Positions 1 to 13,700 of a DNA stretch of 64,000 nucleotides are shown here, one piece after another. The first letter of the stretch is position 1. Every line of letters starts with the position of its first letter. The translations under genes and the position numbers were made by a program. Location: contig OZ024743.1 of assembly GCA_964016885.1 (NCBI GenBank), positions 237,088,001 through 237,152,000 on the forward strand. The letters run 5' to 3'. This stretch comes from Eledone cirrhosa. Taxonomy: Eukaryota. Under the pieces are notes generated by a model. That model worked only from the letters and a program-made list of their open reading frames with translations. It was not told the DNA's origin and ran no database searches.

Positions 1-104
1 ACGTTTCAAGTAAAGGCGGTCTATGTCACTGTTGATGTGGAAGTTTCCGGTGTTGTTCAGTATTTTTCGAGTTCCAGTATTTTTCGAGTTCATACATACA
101 TACT

Positions 105-163
105 GTATGTATGTATGTATGTATGTATGTATGTATGTATGTATGTATGTATGTATGTATGTA
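105..163. repeat. (TATG)n microsatellite
   Basis: Near-perfect run of TATG/GTAT tetramers. Confidence 0.95.
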
Positions 164-164
164 T

Positions 165-330
165 CCGTGGTTGATTTGACAGAGTCGTTGAAGTTGGATA
201 TTTGTTCCACCTCTCTGTGTTCTGAATTCAAATCCTGTCGAAGTCTACTTTACCTTTCGTCCTTCCATGGTCTGTAAAAAAATATCAGTGAAGTACTGGG
301 GGTGATTCTTTCTCTATATCTCTTTCTCAC

Positions 331-334
<4 letters not shown>
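165..334 (+). mobile_element. Degenerate SINE copy (same family as 19628-19765 and 3601-3720)
   Basis: gaagtctactttacctttcgtcc...cagtgaagtactgggggtgattctt aligns by eye with gaggtcaactttgcctttcatc...cagtcaactactggggtcgattctt at ~19668-19739. A B-box-like gaattcaaatcc lies at ~224-235. Resembles an octopus tRNA-SINE from memory. Confidence 0.6.
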
Positions 335-406
<72 letters not shown>

Positions 407-407
407 C

Positions 408-438
<31 letters not shown>

Positions 439-650
439 CCCCTCCCTCTCTCCCTCTCTCTCTCTCTCTCTTTCTCTCTCTCCCTCTCTCCGTCTCTCTC
501 TCTCCCTCTCTCTCCCCCTCCCCCTCTCTCTCCCCCTCTCTCTCTCTCTTCCTCTCTCCCTCTCTTTCTCTGTCTCTCTGTCTCTCTGTTTCTCTTTCTC
601 TCCCTCTCTCTCTCCCCCTCTCACTCTCTTTCCCTCTCTCTCTCCGTCTG
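335..650. repeat. (CT)n / polypyrimidine microsatellite
   Basis: Long CT dinucleotide tract with CC interruptions. Confidence 0.95.
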
Positions 651-784
651 TCCTTCTCTGGAAGAAATCAGCTTTGTGTACACCTGAATTGGCGTTGGAC
701 TCAGCCAGGTTTAAATTTTAAAAATACCCAAGACCCACCATCTGTCACAACACCCCTACGACTTCATCAGGAGTTATGGATCCA

Positions 785-889
<105 letters not shown>

Positions 890-1117
890 TTATTAAAATA
901 ACAGATTAAAGCTTAAGCAAAGAATCGCTGCTTTCACCCTTAACGGGATCTTCTGAAACTGACAAAGTCAATCTGTAAACGCAGAAGTGAATATTTCAAA
1001 AAACGTTACAGCCGGAGGAAGACAGGAAGACGATACTTTAGTTCGTGGAAACGTTCCCTGGCAAAGAACGGGAAAAACGAATATAATACGTCATTATTTG
1101 GAGCGGTGAGAAACAAT

Positions 1118-1171
1118 TATGTATATATATATATGTATGTATGTATGTATGTTTGTATGTATATATATATA
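1118..1171. repeat. (TA)n/(TATG)n compound microsatellite
   Basis: Short TA and TATG runs. Confidence 0.85.
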
Positions 1172-1252
1172 GCCGAAGAACCTCACTACAAATTCCATAT
1201 AACCACAACCTCTAGAAATATATTCTTAGTATCTCACAACACACTCTATATA

Positions 1253-1437
1253 CAAGGGTTGGCTAAAAAGTTCATAGGCTGACCAAGATACTCTCATGGA
1301 ATGACCAAATGAGGTTTATTTTTCAACATAATCCCCGGAAAGAAACAATAAGAATATTTGAAATTAATGCATGCCAGATTTCACAACTCCAGCATCAATC
1401 CTTCATAATCAGCCATGAACTTTTCAGCAGAGCCTTG
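1253..1437 (+). mobile_element. Tc1/Mariner-type MITE (~185 bp) with TA target-site duplication
   Basis: Left end TA|CAAGGGTTGGCTAAAAAGTTCATAGGCTGA and right end TCAGCCATGAACTTTTCAGCAGAGCCTTG|TA are imperfect inverted repeats. Both are flanked by TA, the Tc1/Mariner target. Confidence 0.8.
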
Positions 1438-1736
1438 TATTCACCATCTCCATCTATTTATAATTTCATGCTCAAATAAGCATCAATGTCTGTTCAGTTC
1501 CAAATAAACATTGTTCTTTTTTTTTTAAGTGTGAGAATTTTATTCTATACGCTACCGCCATAAATGAAACTTAAGGGCCATTCCGGCTTACTCCGGATGT
1601 GGCGAGGGAGACATGCTGCTAGATCCACTCCACCTCGCGGGACTCGCACTCGTCGGTAGCTAACCGTTTCTATAGTCTTGTCCGAGCTATTTTCAATGTA
1701 AAAATAACAACCCTACATTGAAGCAGCATATTTTAA

Positions 1737-1951
1737 CCCTTTACCATTTAAACCGGCCATATCCGGCCAGAATTCTCTCACCACCTTCAAACCGGCCGTA
1801 ATTGACTGCTCATCCAACATTAAGGTATTATTCTCAAAATAAATAATATCAACATCTCGCAGATAAGATATTATGTGAGATAATTATGTGAGGTAAAGCC
1901 TTTACCGCAAAAATACAATAGTAAATATAGAGTAATGTAAATGATAAAGGG
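1737..1951. mobile_element. TTAA-flanked MITE, piggyBac-like termini
   Basis: TTAA|CCCTTTACCATTTA ... TAAATGATAAAGGG|TTAA: 14-bp TIR with 13/14 match, CCC...GGG ends and TTAA on both sides (1733-1736, 1952-1955). Internal direct repeat aaaccggcc. Confidence 0.8.
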
Positions 1952-2029
1952 TTAAAGTCCAAAGGCTGGCTTTGAATGAGTGATGCTAGAGCTGTGAAAT
2001 GTTATATGTATTAATATTGTAGTGACCTA

Positions 2030-2250
2030 CATTCCGCGGGCTCACATACATTCTCTGTGCGTGATTTGGCTCAGCCCAGCCAATCAGCGCCAGTAGAAGA
2101 GGATGTATCCCTACGCGTCCTGAGGGAGAAATTCCCCGCGAAGATTTGAAGAATCTTCCTCTCGCACCAGGAACTTCGAACCAGCAACACGTACATGTGA
2201 CGGTGAGATTTTGCACCTTGGCCTGCCGGCTTTCCGGCGCAATGGCACAT
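2030..2250. promoter_or_regulatory. CpG/GC-rich block with CCAAT box and NF-kB-like motif (possible enhancer/promoter)
   Basis: GC-rich relative to flanks. AGCCAATCAG at 2078-2087 (NF-Y type) and GGGAGAAATTCCCC at 2124-2137. No recognisable coding frame. Function is inferred only. Confidence 0.25.
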
Positions 2251-2462
2251 TCCCTTTTGTAACCTCATTTTATGTGTAACTTCAACCATACAAGTTAACC
2301 AACATTATTTGTGCTACAACAAAAATAAACATACATTTCATCTCTAATTTCTGCTGTTGAGGTCATTATTATGTTACTCGTGTCTCAATAACATTTATAA
2401 ATCCATGCTGCTAAAATATCAACTCTTCTTATTAATAACTGCATTGTTTCTTTCCAGTCACA

Positions 2463-2555
2463 ATGTTGAAAAATAAACCTGATTTGGTCATTCCATGAGA
2501 GTATCTTGGTCAGCCTATGAAACTTTTAGCCTATGAACTTTTCTGCAGACCCTCG
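2463..2555 (-). mobile_element. Truncated second copy of the Mariner-type MITE (one end only)
   Basis: tgttgaaaaataaacctgatttggtcattccatgagagtatcttggtcagcctatga is the near-perfect reverse complement of ~1272-1329. It ends ...gaccctcg|TA and carries a small internal duplication (agcctatgaa twice). Confidence 0.85.
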
Positions 2556-2770
2556 TACTTTCAAGATTAAAAATTTGCTCAACGCTTCTTAAGTATGATT
2601 ATACGTGACTGGCGTTATTAGCTACCAACGTTTATTTAGTACCAAATGACACATCAGTTTCATTGTAGACAGTATTAAATATATAAATATGTAGATACAT
2701 CTGATGAACATTTGCTGATACAAAACTTTGAATTTTTTAATTCAATTTCTATCAGGTTTGATATAGAGAG

Positions 2771-2930
2771 TTCTCCGTCGGTTTCAAAGATGAGTTTTAC
2801 AGTTATTCATCCAAAGGAGCAGCCTACTTGTTAAATTAATGTGTTAGTGGCTGAGTATTCCACAGACATCCGCATCCTTTGTGTAATTCTCAACGAGATT
2901 CAGTGTGATATAGTGTGCGAGATTAGCTTT
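2771..2930 (-). mobile_element. Dispersed repeat fragment (probable retroposon 3' tail), inverted homolog of 19790-19915
   Basis: gcagcctacttgttaaattaatgtgttagtggctgagtattcc is the approximate reverse complement of ggaatactcagccacttacacgttaatttcacaagcaggttg at ~19820-19861. Confidence 0.65.
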
Positions 2931-2954
2931 TAAAATTAAAAAAACTACAGTCCA

Positions 2955-3075
2955 TCCAACGGGCTTTCAAACAGCCTCCGTCTACCCAGTTTCATACACA
3001 AGGCTTGGGTCGATCTGAGTTTATGGCAACTGATACACGATGTAGATAGCATGCAGGGAGTTCGAACCCGAGACC
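2955..3075 (-). mobile_element. Degenerate tRNA-derived SINE fragment
   Basis: B-box-like GGTTCGAACTCC on the minus strand (~3057-3068), followed by ...ccaagccttgtgtatgaaactgggtagacggaggctgtttgaaagcccg, which resembles an octopus SINE body from memory. Confidence 0.45.
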
Positions 3076-3280
3076 TTAAATATTCTGCCATTTAACACTC
3101 TCTAAGTCTTCTTAAAGACGCACAAATGTGGCGGGGTTTTACAAATAGAATTAACTTTCATTGATTTTGTTTGGATGTTGTAAATTATATTTGAATGCTG
3201 AGGAAAATAAAACAAGGATGATGTAGATTTTTTGTTTGAGAATACGTTTATCAATGATATAAAATATCCGAATGACTTAC

Positions 3281-3328
3281 GGAAATTGATATAATGTGAT
3301 TTAGTGAGGAAAGAGAAAACATTTTCAG
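3281..3328 (-). CDS. Candidate 48-nt internal exon of an unidentified host gene
   Basis: Minus strand: ctttctattttatatcttatAG|ctgaaaatg...caatttcc|GTAAGT, a strong acceptor and a perfect donor. Open in phase 1 (xENVFSFLTKSHYINF) and phase 0 (LKMFSLSSLNHIISIS). Product not recognised. Confidence 0.45.
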
Positions 3329-3600
3329 CTATAAGATATAAAATAGAAAGATTTATATCTAGTTTGGGAAATAGCTGGCAATAATATTTCAGATAAGAAA
3401 CCCATAAAGATACAAATGTTTTCTCCATGGAATATTTGGAGATGTTGATACTGGAGATATTAAAATGGAATAGTCAAAGAAATTGTAAGTAGAGCGCCTT
3501 TCCTAATAGTTTCTTCATCTGTTAGTTTCATCTGTAGAGTGTCTCTTCCATCTGTAATTGTTACACACTGGCCACATATTGTGTGTGTATATGAAGAGGG

Positions 3601-3720
3601 TGGGGTTACAGTCGATGGTTGAGGGACATTTGGTAAGTACTGTTAATTTATCGACTCCAGGTGGATAAAAGCTAGAGTTGGACTTGGTGGAATTTGGACT
3701 TGGAAAGTAAAGAGACAGGA
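3601..3720 (-). mobile_element. Degenerate SINE 3' part (family of 165-334 / 19628-19765)
   Basis: Minus strand agtccaaattccaccaagtccaactctagcttttatccacctggagtcgataaattaacagtac resembles the other two copies. The head may continue at ~4105-4152 beyond an insertion. Confidence 0.5.
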
Positions 3721-4100
3721 TTGATTTATTTATAAATTTACTTTAGTGAAAAACTACATCTAGACCAGTGTGAGTATGTCTGTGAAACATACATATACAC
3801 CAGGTCCGAACACAAAGGAACCAGACTCCTACTACCACTGTCTCAGTCTCTTTCGCTCTCCTCATCTCTCACTATTATAAACAAATGGGGGGCACGCTGG
3901 TCGTCCCGTGGACAGAATAGAGAAGGTTTGCCCCCGGAAGATGGTGAGGGAAACGCGCTGGAAGTTCCATTCAAAATCACGAAGCTCACACCTTCAGGTA
4001 GCCAACTCTGTGTCGATTGTAGTGAGTAGGGAGGTGACCATAGGGTCAAGGAGACCAGAAGCTGATGGTGGTGAGTAGGGAGGTGGCCCTAGGGCCAAGA
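3721..4100 (-). mobile_element. Probable retroelement 3' fragment inserted in the SINE
   Basis: GC-richer block ending in AATAAATCAA on the minus strand at 3721-3730. Internal 29-bp direct repeat gtgagtagggaggtg(a/g)cc(a/c)taggg(t/c)caag at 4022 and 4071. No clear TSD. Confidence 0.3.
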
Positions 4101-4220
4101 ACATTGTAATGTACTGAAATGCATACTTCTGGTGTTCTACCAACCCGCCTCCGTTCTTCAGTAGACTTGAAAGATTACTGCTACATTAATAGTGGTTTGC
4201 TTTAATATTATACTGTATTG

Positions 4221-4545
4221 TGAAGGTGCGTGGTTTAGTGGTTAGAGCGTTGAACTCACAATCGTAAGATCGTGAGTTCGAATCCCGGATCGAGCGATAC
4301 GTTGTGTTCTTGAGCAATACACTATATTTCCCATTGTTTCAGTTTACTCACCTGTAGAAGTAAATTGCGATGTCGTTGGTGCCGAGTTTTATTGACCATT
4401 GCCTTTCGCTAGGACAACATCGGTGGTGGAGAGGGGGGACAGGTATCCATGGGTTAACTACTGGTCGTCCACAAACACACCTTGCCCAGTCTTGTGCCGC
4501 GGAAGGGAACTTTCCAAGTGCAAAAGTATGGTCATTCGTGGGCTA
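4221..4545 (+). mobile_element. tRNA-derived SINE (~320 bp) with Pol III A/B boxes and CORE-like domain
   Basis: A box TGGTTTAGTGG 4231-4241 and B box GAGTTCGAATCCC 4274-4286, followed by gttgtgttcttgagcaatacact (resembles the CORE-SINE-type motif tgtgtccttgggcaagacact). No intact acceptor stem. Confidence 0.8.
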
Positions 4546-4669
4546 AATAGGCCTAAACATACTGTACTATAAAATATATCCGTAGGCCTGGTTGCAGGTC
4601 TCCATTCACCACGCCACCAATGTTATCGAAGAACAAAAGCAAACGCCGATACTGCTTGGTATAAATAAA

Positions 4670-4745
4670 GTACAACATGCCAAGCGGTCTGGGAATCGAA
4701 CACACAACTTCACAATTGTGAACCCAACACATGACTAAGTGTGGC
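4670..4745 (-). mobile_element. Degenerate SINE tRNA-like head
   Basis: Minus strand ttcacaattgtgaagttgtgtgttcgattcccagaccg parallels ctcacaatcgtaagatcgtgagttcgaatcccggatcg of the SINE at 4221. Confidence 0.55.
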
Positions 4746-4772
4746 AGAACCAGAAATGATTCGGTTACGAAG

Positions 4773-7700
4773 CAGACACCCATAACCATACAACATACCT
4801 AGGTCTATATTAGAGATAACAGACTGTCTTGACCATACAACATTCCTAGGATTATATTACAGACAACAGACGTGACCATACAACATACCTAGGTCTATAT
4901 TAGAGATAACAGACTTGACCATACAACATACCTAGGACTATGTTAGCGACAACAGACACCCTTGACCACACAACATACCTAGGTCTATATTACACACAAC
5001 AGACTTGACCATACAACACACCTAGGATTATATTAGAGACAACAGACATGACCATACAGCATACCTAGGACTGTATTAGAGACAACAGACTTGACGATAC
5101 AACATACCTAGGACTATATTAGAGACAAAAGACTTGACCATACAACATACCTAGGACTGTATTAGAGACAACAGATTTGACCATACAACATACCTAGGAT
5201 TATATTAGAGACAACAGACTTCACCATACGACATACCTAGAACTATATTATAGACAACAGACTTGACCATACAACATACCTAGGACTAAATTACAGACAA
5301 CAGACTGTCTTTACCATAGAACATACATAGGACTATATTACAGACAGCAGAGTTGACCATACAACATACCTAGGACTATATTACAGACAACAGATTTTAC
5401 CATACAACATACCTAGGTCTATATTAAAGACAACAGACTTGACCATACAACATACCTAGGACTATATTACAGACAACAGACTTGACAAAACAACATACCT
5501 AGGACAATATTACAGACAACAGACTTGACCATACAACATACCTAGGACTATATTACAGACAACAGACATGACCATACAACATACCTAGGACTATATTACA
5601 GACAACAGACAGTCTTGACCATACAACATACCTACGTCTATATTACAGACAACAGATTTTACCATACAACATACCTAGGTCTATATTAAAGACAAAAGAC
5701 TTGACCACACACATACCTAGGATTATATTAGAGACAACAGACTTGACCACACAACATACCTAAAACTATTTTACAGACAACAGACTTGACCATACAACAT
5801 ACCTAGGACTATATTACAGACAACAGACTTGACCATACAACATACCTAGGACTATATTGGAGACAACAAACTGTCTTGACCATACAACATACCTAGGACT
5901 ATATTACAGACAACAGATTTGACCACACAACAGACCTAAGATTATATTGGAGACAACAGACTTGACCATACACCATACCTAGGTCTATATTACAGACAAC
6001 AAACTGGACCATACAACATACCTAGGATTATATTATAGACAACAGACTTGACCATACATCATACCTAGGACTATATTACAGACAGCAGACTTGACCATAC
6101 AACATACCTAGGACTATATTAGAGACAACAGACTTGACCATACAACATACCTAGGACTATATTACAGACAGCAGACTTGACCATACAACATACCTAGGAC
6201 TATATTAGAGACAACAGACTTGACCATACAACATTCCTAGGACTATATTACAGACAGCAGACTTGACCATACAACATACCTAGGACTATATTAGAGACAA
6301 CAGACTTGACCATACAACATACCTAGGACTATATTAGAGACAACAGACTTGACCATACAACATACCTAGGACTATATTACAGACAGCAGACTTGACCATA
6401 CAACATACCTAGGTCTATATTACAGACAGCAGAGTTGACCATACAACCATACCTAGGATTATATTAGAGACAACAGACATGACCACACAACATACCTAGG
6501 ACAATATTACAGACAACAGACTTTACCATACAACATACCTAGGACTATATTAGAGATAACAGACTGTCTTGACCATACAACATACCTAGGATTATATTAC
6601 AGACAACAGACGTGACCATCCAACATACCTAGGACTATATTAGAGTCAACAGACACCCTTTGCCATACAACATACCTATGTCTATATTACAGACCACAGA
6701 CTTGACCATACAACATATCTAGGTCTATATTACAGACAACAGACTTGACCATACAATATACCTAGGATTATATTAGAGACAACAGACTTGACCATACAGC
6801 ATACCAAGGACTGAATTAGAGACAACAGACTTGACCATACAACATACCTAGGATTGTATTAGAGACAACAGATTTGACCATACAACATACCTAGGACTAT
6901 ATTAGAGACAACAGGCTTGACCATACAACATACCTAGGTCTATATTAGAGACAACAGACTTGACCATACAACATACCTAGGACTGTATTAGAGACAAAAG
7001 ATTTAACCATACAACATACCTAGGATTATATTAGAGACAACAGACTTGACCATACAACATACCTAGGTCTATATTACAGACAACAGACTGTGTTGACCAT
7101 ACAACATACCTAGGTCTATATTACAGACAACAGACTTGACCATACAACATACCCAGGATTATATTAGAGACAACAAACTTGACCATACAACATACCTAGG
7201 ATTATATTTCAGACAACAGACTTGACCATACAACATACCTAGGACTATATTACAGACAGCAGACTTGAACATACGACATACCTAGGTCTATATTACAGAC
7301 AACAGACTTGACCATACAACATACCTAGGACTATATTAGAGACAACAGACTTGATCACACAACATACCTAGGACTATATTAGAGACAACAGACTTGACCA
7401 TACAACATACCAAGCTCTATATTACAGACAAGAGACTGTCTTGACCATACAACATACCTAGGACTATATTACAGACAACAGACTTGACCATACAACATAC
7501 CTAGTTCTATATTACAGACAAGAGACTGTCTTGACCATACAACATACCTAGGACTATATTACAGACAACAGACGTGACCATACAACCATACCTAGGATTA
7601 TATTAGAGACAACAGACTTGACCACACAACATACCTAGGACTATATTACAGACAACAGACTTGACCATACAACATACCTAGGACTATATTAGAGACAACA

Positions 7701-10700
7701 GACTTGACCACACAACATACCTAGGACTATATTAGAGACAACAGACTTGACCATACAACATACCAAGGTCTATATTACAGACAAGAGACTGTCTTGACCA
7801 TACAACATACCTAGGACTATATTACAGACAACAGACTTGACCATACAACATACCTAGGTCTATATTACAGACAAGAGACTGTCTTGACCATACAACATAC
7901 CTTGGACTATATTACAGACAACAGACGTGACCATACAACCATACCTAGGATTATATTAGAGACAACAGACTTGACCACACAACATACCTAGGACTATATT
8001 ACAGACAACAGACTTGCCCATACAACATACCTAGGTCTATATTACAGACAACAGACTGTCTTGACCGTACAACATACCTAGGACTGTATTGCAGACAACA
8101 GACTTGACCATACAACATACCTAGGTCTATATTACAGACAACAGACTTGACCATACAACATACCTAGGACTATATTAGAGACAACAGACTTGACCACACA
8201 ACATACCTGGGACTATATTAGAGACAACAGACTTGACCATACAACATACCAAGGTCTATATTACAGACAAGAGACTTGACCATACAATATACCTAGGACT
8301 ATATTAGAGACAACAGACTTGACCATACAACATACCTAGGATTATATTACAGACAACAGACTGTCTTGACCATACAGCATACCTAGGACTATATTACAGA
8401 CAACAGCTTGACCATACAACATACCTAGGTCTATATTAGTGACAACAGACTTGACCATACAACATACCTAGGACTATATTACAGACAACAGCTTGACCAT
8501 ACAACATACCTAGGTCTATATGACAGACAACAGACTTGACCATACAGCATACCTAGGTCTATATTAGTGACAACAGACTTGACCATACAACATACCTAGG
8601 ACTATATTACAGACAACAGACTTGACCATACAACATACCTAGGACTATATAACAGACAACAGACTTGACCATACTACATTTCTAGGACTATATTACAGAC
8701 AACAGACCTGACCATACAACATACCTAGGACTATATTACAAACAACAGACTTGACCATACATCATACCAAGGACTATATTACAGACAACAGACTTGACCA
8801 TACAACATACCTAGGACTATATTACAGACAACAGACTTGACCATACATCATACCAAGGACTATATTACCGACAGCAGACTTGACCATACAACATATCTAG
8901 GACTATATTACAGACAACAGACTTGACCATACAACATACCTAGGACTATATTACAGACAACAGACCTGACCATACAACATACCTAGGACTATATTACAGA
9001 CAACAGACTTGACCATACATCATACAAAGGACTATATTACAGACAACAGACTTGACCATACAACATATCTAGGACTATATTACAGACAACAGACTTGACC
9101 ATACAACATACCTAGGACTATATTACAGACAACAGACCTGACCATACAACATACCTAGGACTATATTACAGACAACAGACTTGACCATACATCATACCAA
9201 GGACTATATTACAGACAACAGACCTGACCATACAACATACCTAGGACTATATTACAGACAACAGACTTGACCATACAACATACCTAGGATTATATTACAG
9301 ACAACAGACTTGACCATACATCATACCAAGGACTATATTACAGACAACAGACTTGACAATACAACATATCTAGGACTATATTACAGACAACAGACTTGAA
9401 CATACAACATACCTAGGACTATATTAAAGACAACAGACTTGACCATACAACATATCTAGGACTATATTACAGACAACAGACTTGACCATACAACATATCT
9501 GGGACTATATTAAAGACAACAGACTTTACCATACAACATACCTAGGACTATATTACAGACAACAGACTTGACCATACAACATATCTAGGTCTATATTACA
9601 GACAACAGACTTGACCATACAACATATCTAGGACTATATTAAAGACAACAGACTTGACCATACAACATATTTAGGTCTATATTACAGACAACAGACTTGA
9701 CCATACAACATACCTAGGACTATATTACAGACAACAGACTTGACCATACAACATATCTAGGACTATATTATAGACAACAGACTTGACCATACAACATACC
9801 TAGGACTATATTTCAGACAACAGACTTGACCATACAACATACCTAGGTCTATATTACAGAAAACAGACTTGACCATACACCATACCTAGGTCTATATTAC
9901 AGAAAACAGACTTGACCATACAACATATCTAGGACTATATTACAGACAACAGACTTGACCATACAACATATCTAGGTCTATATCACAGACAACAGACTTG
10001 ACCATACAACATACCTAGGAATATATTTCAGACAACAGACTTGACCATACAACATACCTAGGTCTATATTACAGAAAACAGACTTGACCATACAACATAT
10101 CTAGGACTATATTACAGACAACAGACTTGACCATACAACATATCTAGGTCTATATTACGGACAACACACTTGACCATACAACATACCTAGGACTATATTA
10201 CAGACAACAGACTTGACCATACAACATATCTAGGTCTATATTACAGACAAAAGACTTGACCATACAACATACCAAGGTCTATATTACAGACGACAGACTG
10301 TCTTGACCATACAACATATCTAGGTGTATATTACAGACAACAGACTTGACCATACAACATACCTAGGACTATATTACAGACAACAGACTTGAACACACAA
10401 CATAGCTAGGATTATATTACAGACAACAGACTTGACCATACAACATACCTAGGTCTATATTACAGACAACAGACTTGACCATACAACATATCTATGACTA
10501 TATTACAGACAACAGACTTGCCCATACAACATACCTAGGACTATATTATAGACAACAGACTTGACCATACAACATACCAAGGTCTATATTACAGACAACA
10601 GACTTGACCATACAACATCCCTAGGACTATATTACAGACAACAGACTTGACCATACAACATCCCTAGGACTATATTACAGACAACAGACTGTCTTGACCA

Positions 10701-13700
10701 TACAACATACCTAGGACTATATTACAGACAACAGACTTGAACACACAACATACCTAGGACTATATTAGAGACAACAGACTTGACCATACAACATACCTAG
10801 GTCTATATTACAGAGAACAGACTTGACCATACAACATATCTAGGACTATATTACAGACAACAGACTTGACTATACAACATATCTAGGTCTATATTACAGA
10901 CAACAGAGTTGACCATACAACATACCAAGGTCAATATTACAGACAACAGACTGTCTTGACCATACAACATACCTAGGACTATATTACAGACAACAGAATT
11001 GACCACACAGCATACCTAGGTCTATATTACTGACAACAGACTTGACCATACAAGATACCTAGGATTATATTACAGACAACAGACTGTCTTGACCATACAA
11101 CATACCTAGGACTATATTACAGACAACAGACTTGACCATACAACATACCTAGGTCTATATGACAGACAACAGACTTGACCATACAACATACCTAGGTTTA
11201 TATTAGTGACAACAGACTTGAACACACAACATACCTAGGACTATATTAGAGACAACAGACTTGACCATACAACATACCTAGGTCTATATTACAGAGAACA
11301 GACTTGACCATACAACATATCTAGGACTATATTACAGACAACAGACTTGCCCATACAACGTACCTAGGACTATATTATAGACAACAGACTTGACCATACA
11401 ACATACCTAGGACTATATTATAGACAACAGACTTGACCATAAAACATACCTAGGTCTATATTACAGACAACAGACTTGACCATACAACATCCCTAGGACT
11501 ATATTACAGACAACAGACTTGACCATACAACATACCTAGGACTATATTGCAGACAACAGACTTGACCATACAACATATCTAGGACTATATTACAGACAAC
11601 AGACTTGCCCATACAACGTACCTAGGACTATATTATAGACAACAGACTTGACCATACAACATACCTAGGTCTATATTACAGACAACAGACTTGACCATAC
11701 AACATCCCTAGGACTATATTACAGACAACAGACTTGACCATACAACATACCTAGGACTATATTACAGACAACAGACTTGACCATACAACATACCTAGGAC
11801 TATATTACAGACAACAGACTTGACCATACAACATACCTAGGACTATATTACAGACAACAGACTTGACCATACAACATATCTAGGACTATATTACAAACAG
11901 ACTTGACCATACAACATATCTGGGACTATATTAAAGACAACAGACTTGACCATACAACATACCTAGGACTATATTACAGACAACAGACTTGACCATACAA
12001 CATATCTAGGACTATATTACAAACAGACTTGACCATACAACATATCTGGGACTATATTAAAGACAAAAGACTTGACCATACAACATACCTAGGACTATAT
12101 TACAGACAACAGACTTGACCATACAATATATCTAGGTCTTTATTACAGACAACAGACTTGACCATACAACATATCTAGGTCTATATTACAGACAACAGAC
12201 TTGACCATACAACATACCAAGGATTATATTACAGACAACAGACTTGACCATACAACATATCTAGGACTATATTAAAGACAACAGACTTGACCATACAACA
12301 TATCTAGGTCTATATTACAGACAACAGACTTGACCATACAACATACCTAGGTCTATATTACAGACAACAGATTTGACCATACAACATACCTAGGACTATA
12401 TTACAGACAACAGACTTGACCATACAACATACCTAAGACTATATTACAGACAACAGACTTGACCATACAACATATCTAGGTCTATATTTCAGACAACAAA
12501 CTTAACCATACAACATATCTAGGACTATATTAGAGACAACAGACTTGACCATACAACATACCTAGGTCTATATTACAGACAACAGACTTGACCATACAAC
12601 ATATCTAGGTCTATATTACAGACAACAGACTTGACCATACAACATACCTAGGACTATATTACAGACAACAGACTTGACCATACAGCATATCTAGGTGTAT
12701 ATTACAGACAACAGACTTGACCATACAACATATCTAGGTCTATATTACAGACAACAGACTGTCTTGACCATACAACATACCTAGGTCTATATTACAGACA
12801 ACAGACTGTCTTGACCATACAACATACCTAGGACTATATTACAGACAACAGACTGTCTTGACCATACAACATACCTAGGACTATATTACAGACAACAGAC
12901 TGTCTTGACCATACAACATACCTAGGACTATATTACAGACAACAGACTGTCTTGACCACACAACATACCTAGGACTATATTACAGACAACAGACTTGACC
13001 ATACAACATACCTAGGTCTATATTACAGAAAACAGACTTGACCATACAACATATCTAGGACTATATTACAGACAACAGACTTGACCATACAACATATCTA
13101 GGTCTATATTACAGACTAAAGACTTGACCATACAACATACCTAGGACTATTTTACAGACAACAGACTTGATCATACAACATACCTAGGTCTATATTACAG
13201 ACAACAGACTTGACCATACAACATATCTAGGACTATATTACAGACAACTGACTTGACCACACAACATACCTAGGACTATATTACAGACAACAGACTTGAA
13301 CACACAACATACCTAGTATTATATTACAGACAACAGACTTGACCATACAACATATCTAGGTGTATATTACAGACAACAGACTTGACCATACAACATACCT
13401 AGGACTATATTACAGACAACAGACTTGACCATACAGCATATCTAGGTGTATATTACAGACAACAGACTTGACCATACAACATATCTAGGTCTATATTACA
13501 GATCACTGACTTGACCATACAACATATCTAGTTCTATATTACAGACAACAGACTTGACCATACAACATACCTAGGACTATATTACAGACAACAGACTTGA
13601 CCATACAACATACCTAGGACTATATTTCAGACAACAGACTTGACCATACAACATACCTAGGTCTATATTACTGACAACAGACTTGACCATACAACATATC

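Noticed and set aside
58-91. 17-bp direct duplication cagtatttttcgagttc
   Set aside because: Ordinary two-copy slippage duplication with no further structure.
23-721. ER/SL/MYVC low-complexity ORFs
   Set aside because: Microsatellite translations.
735-775. CTGATGA hammerhead box on the minus strand
   Set aside because: No GAAA box or stems I/III at suitable spacing.
4225-4296. tRNA gene
   Set aside because: A and B boxes are present but the acceptor stem does not pair and the sequence continues into a SINE body.
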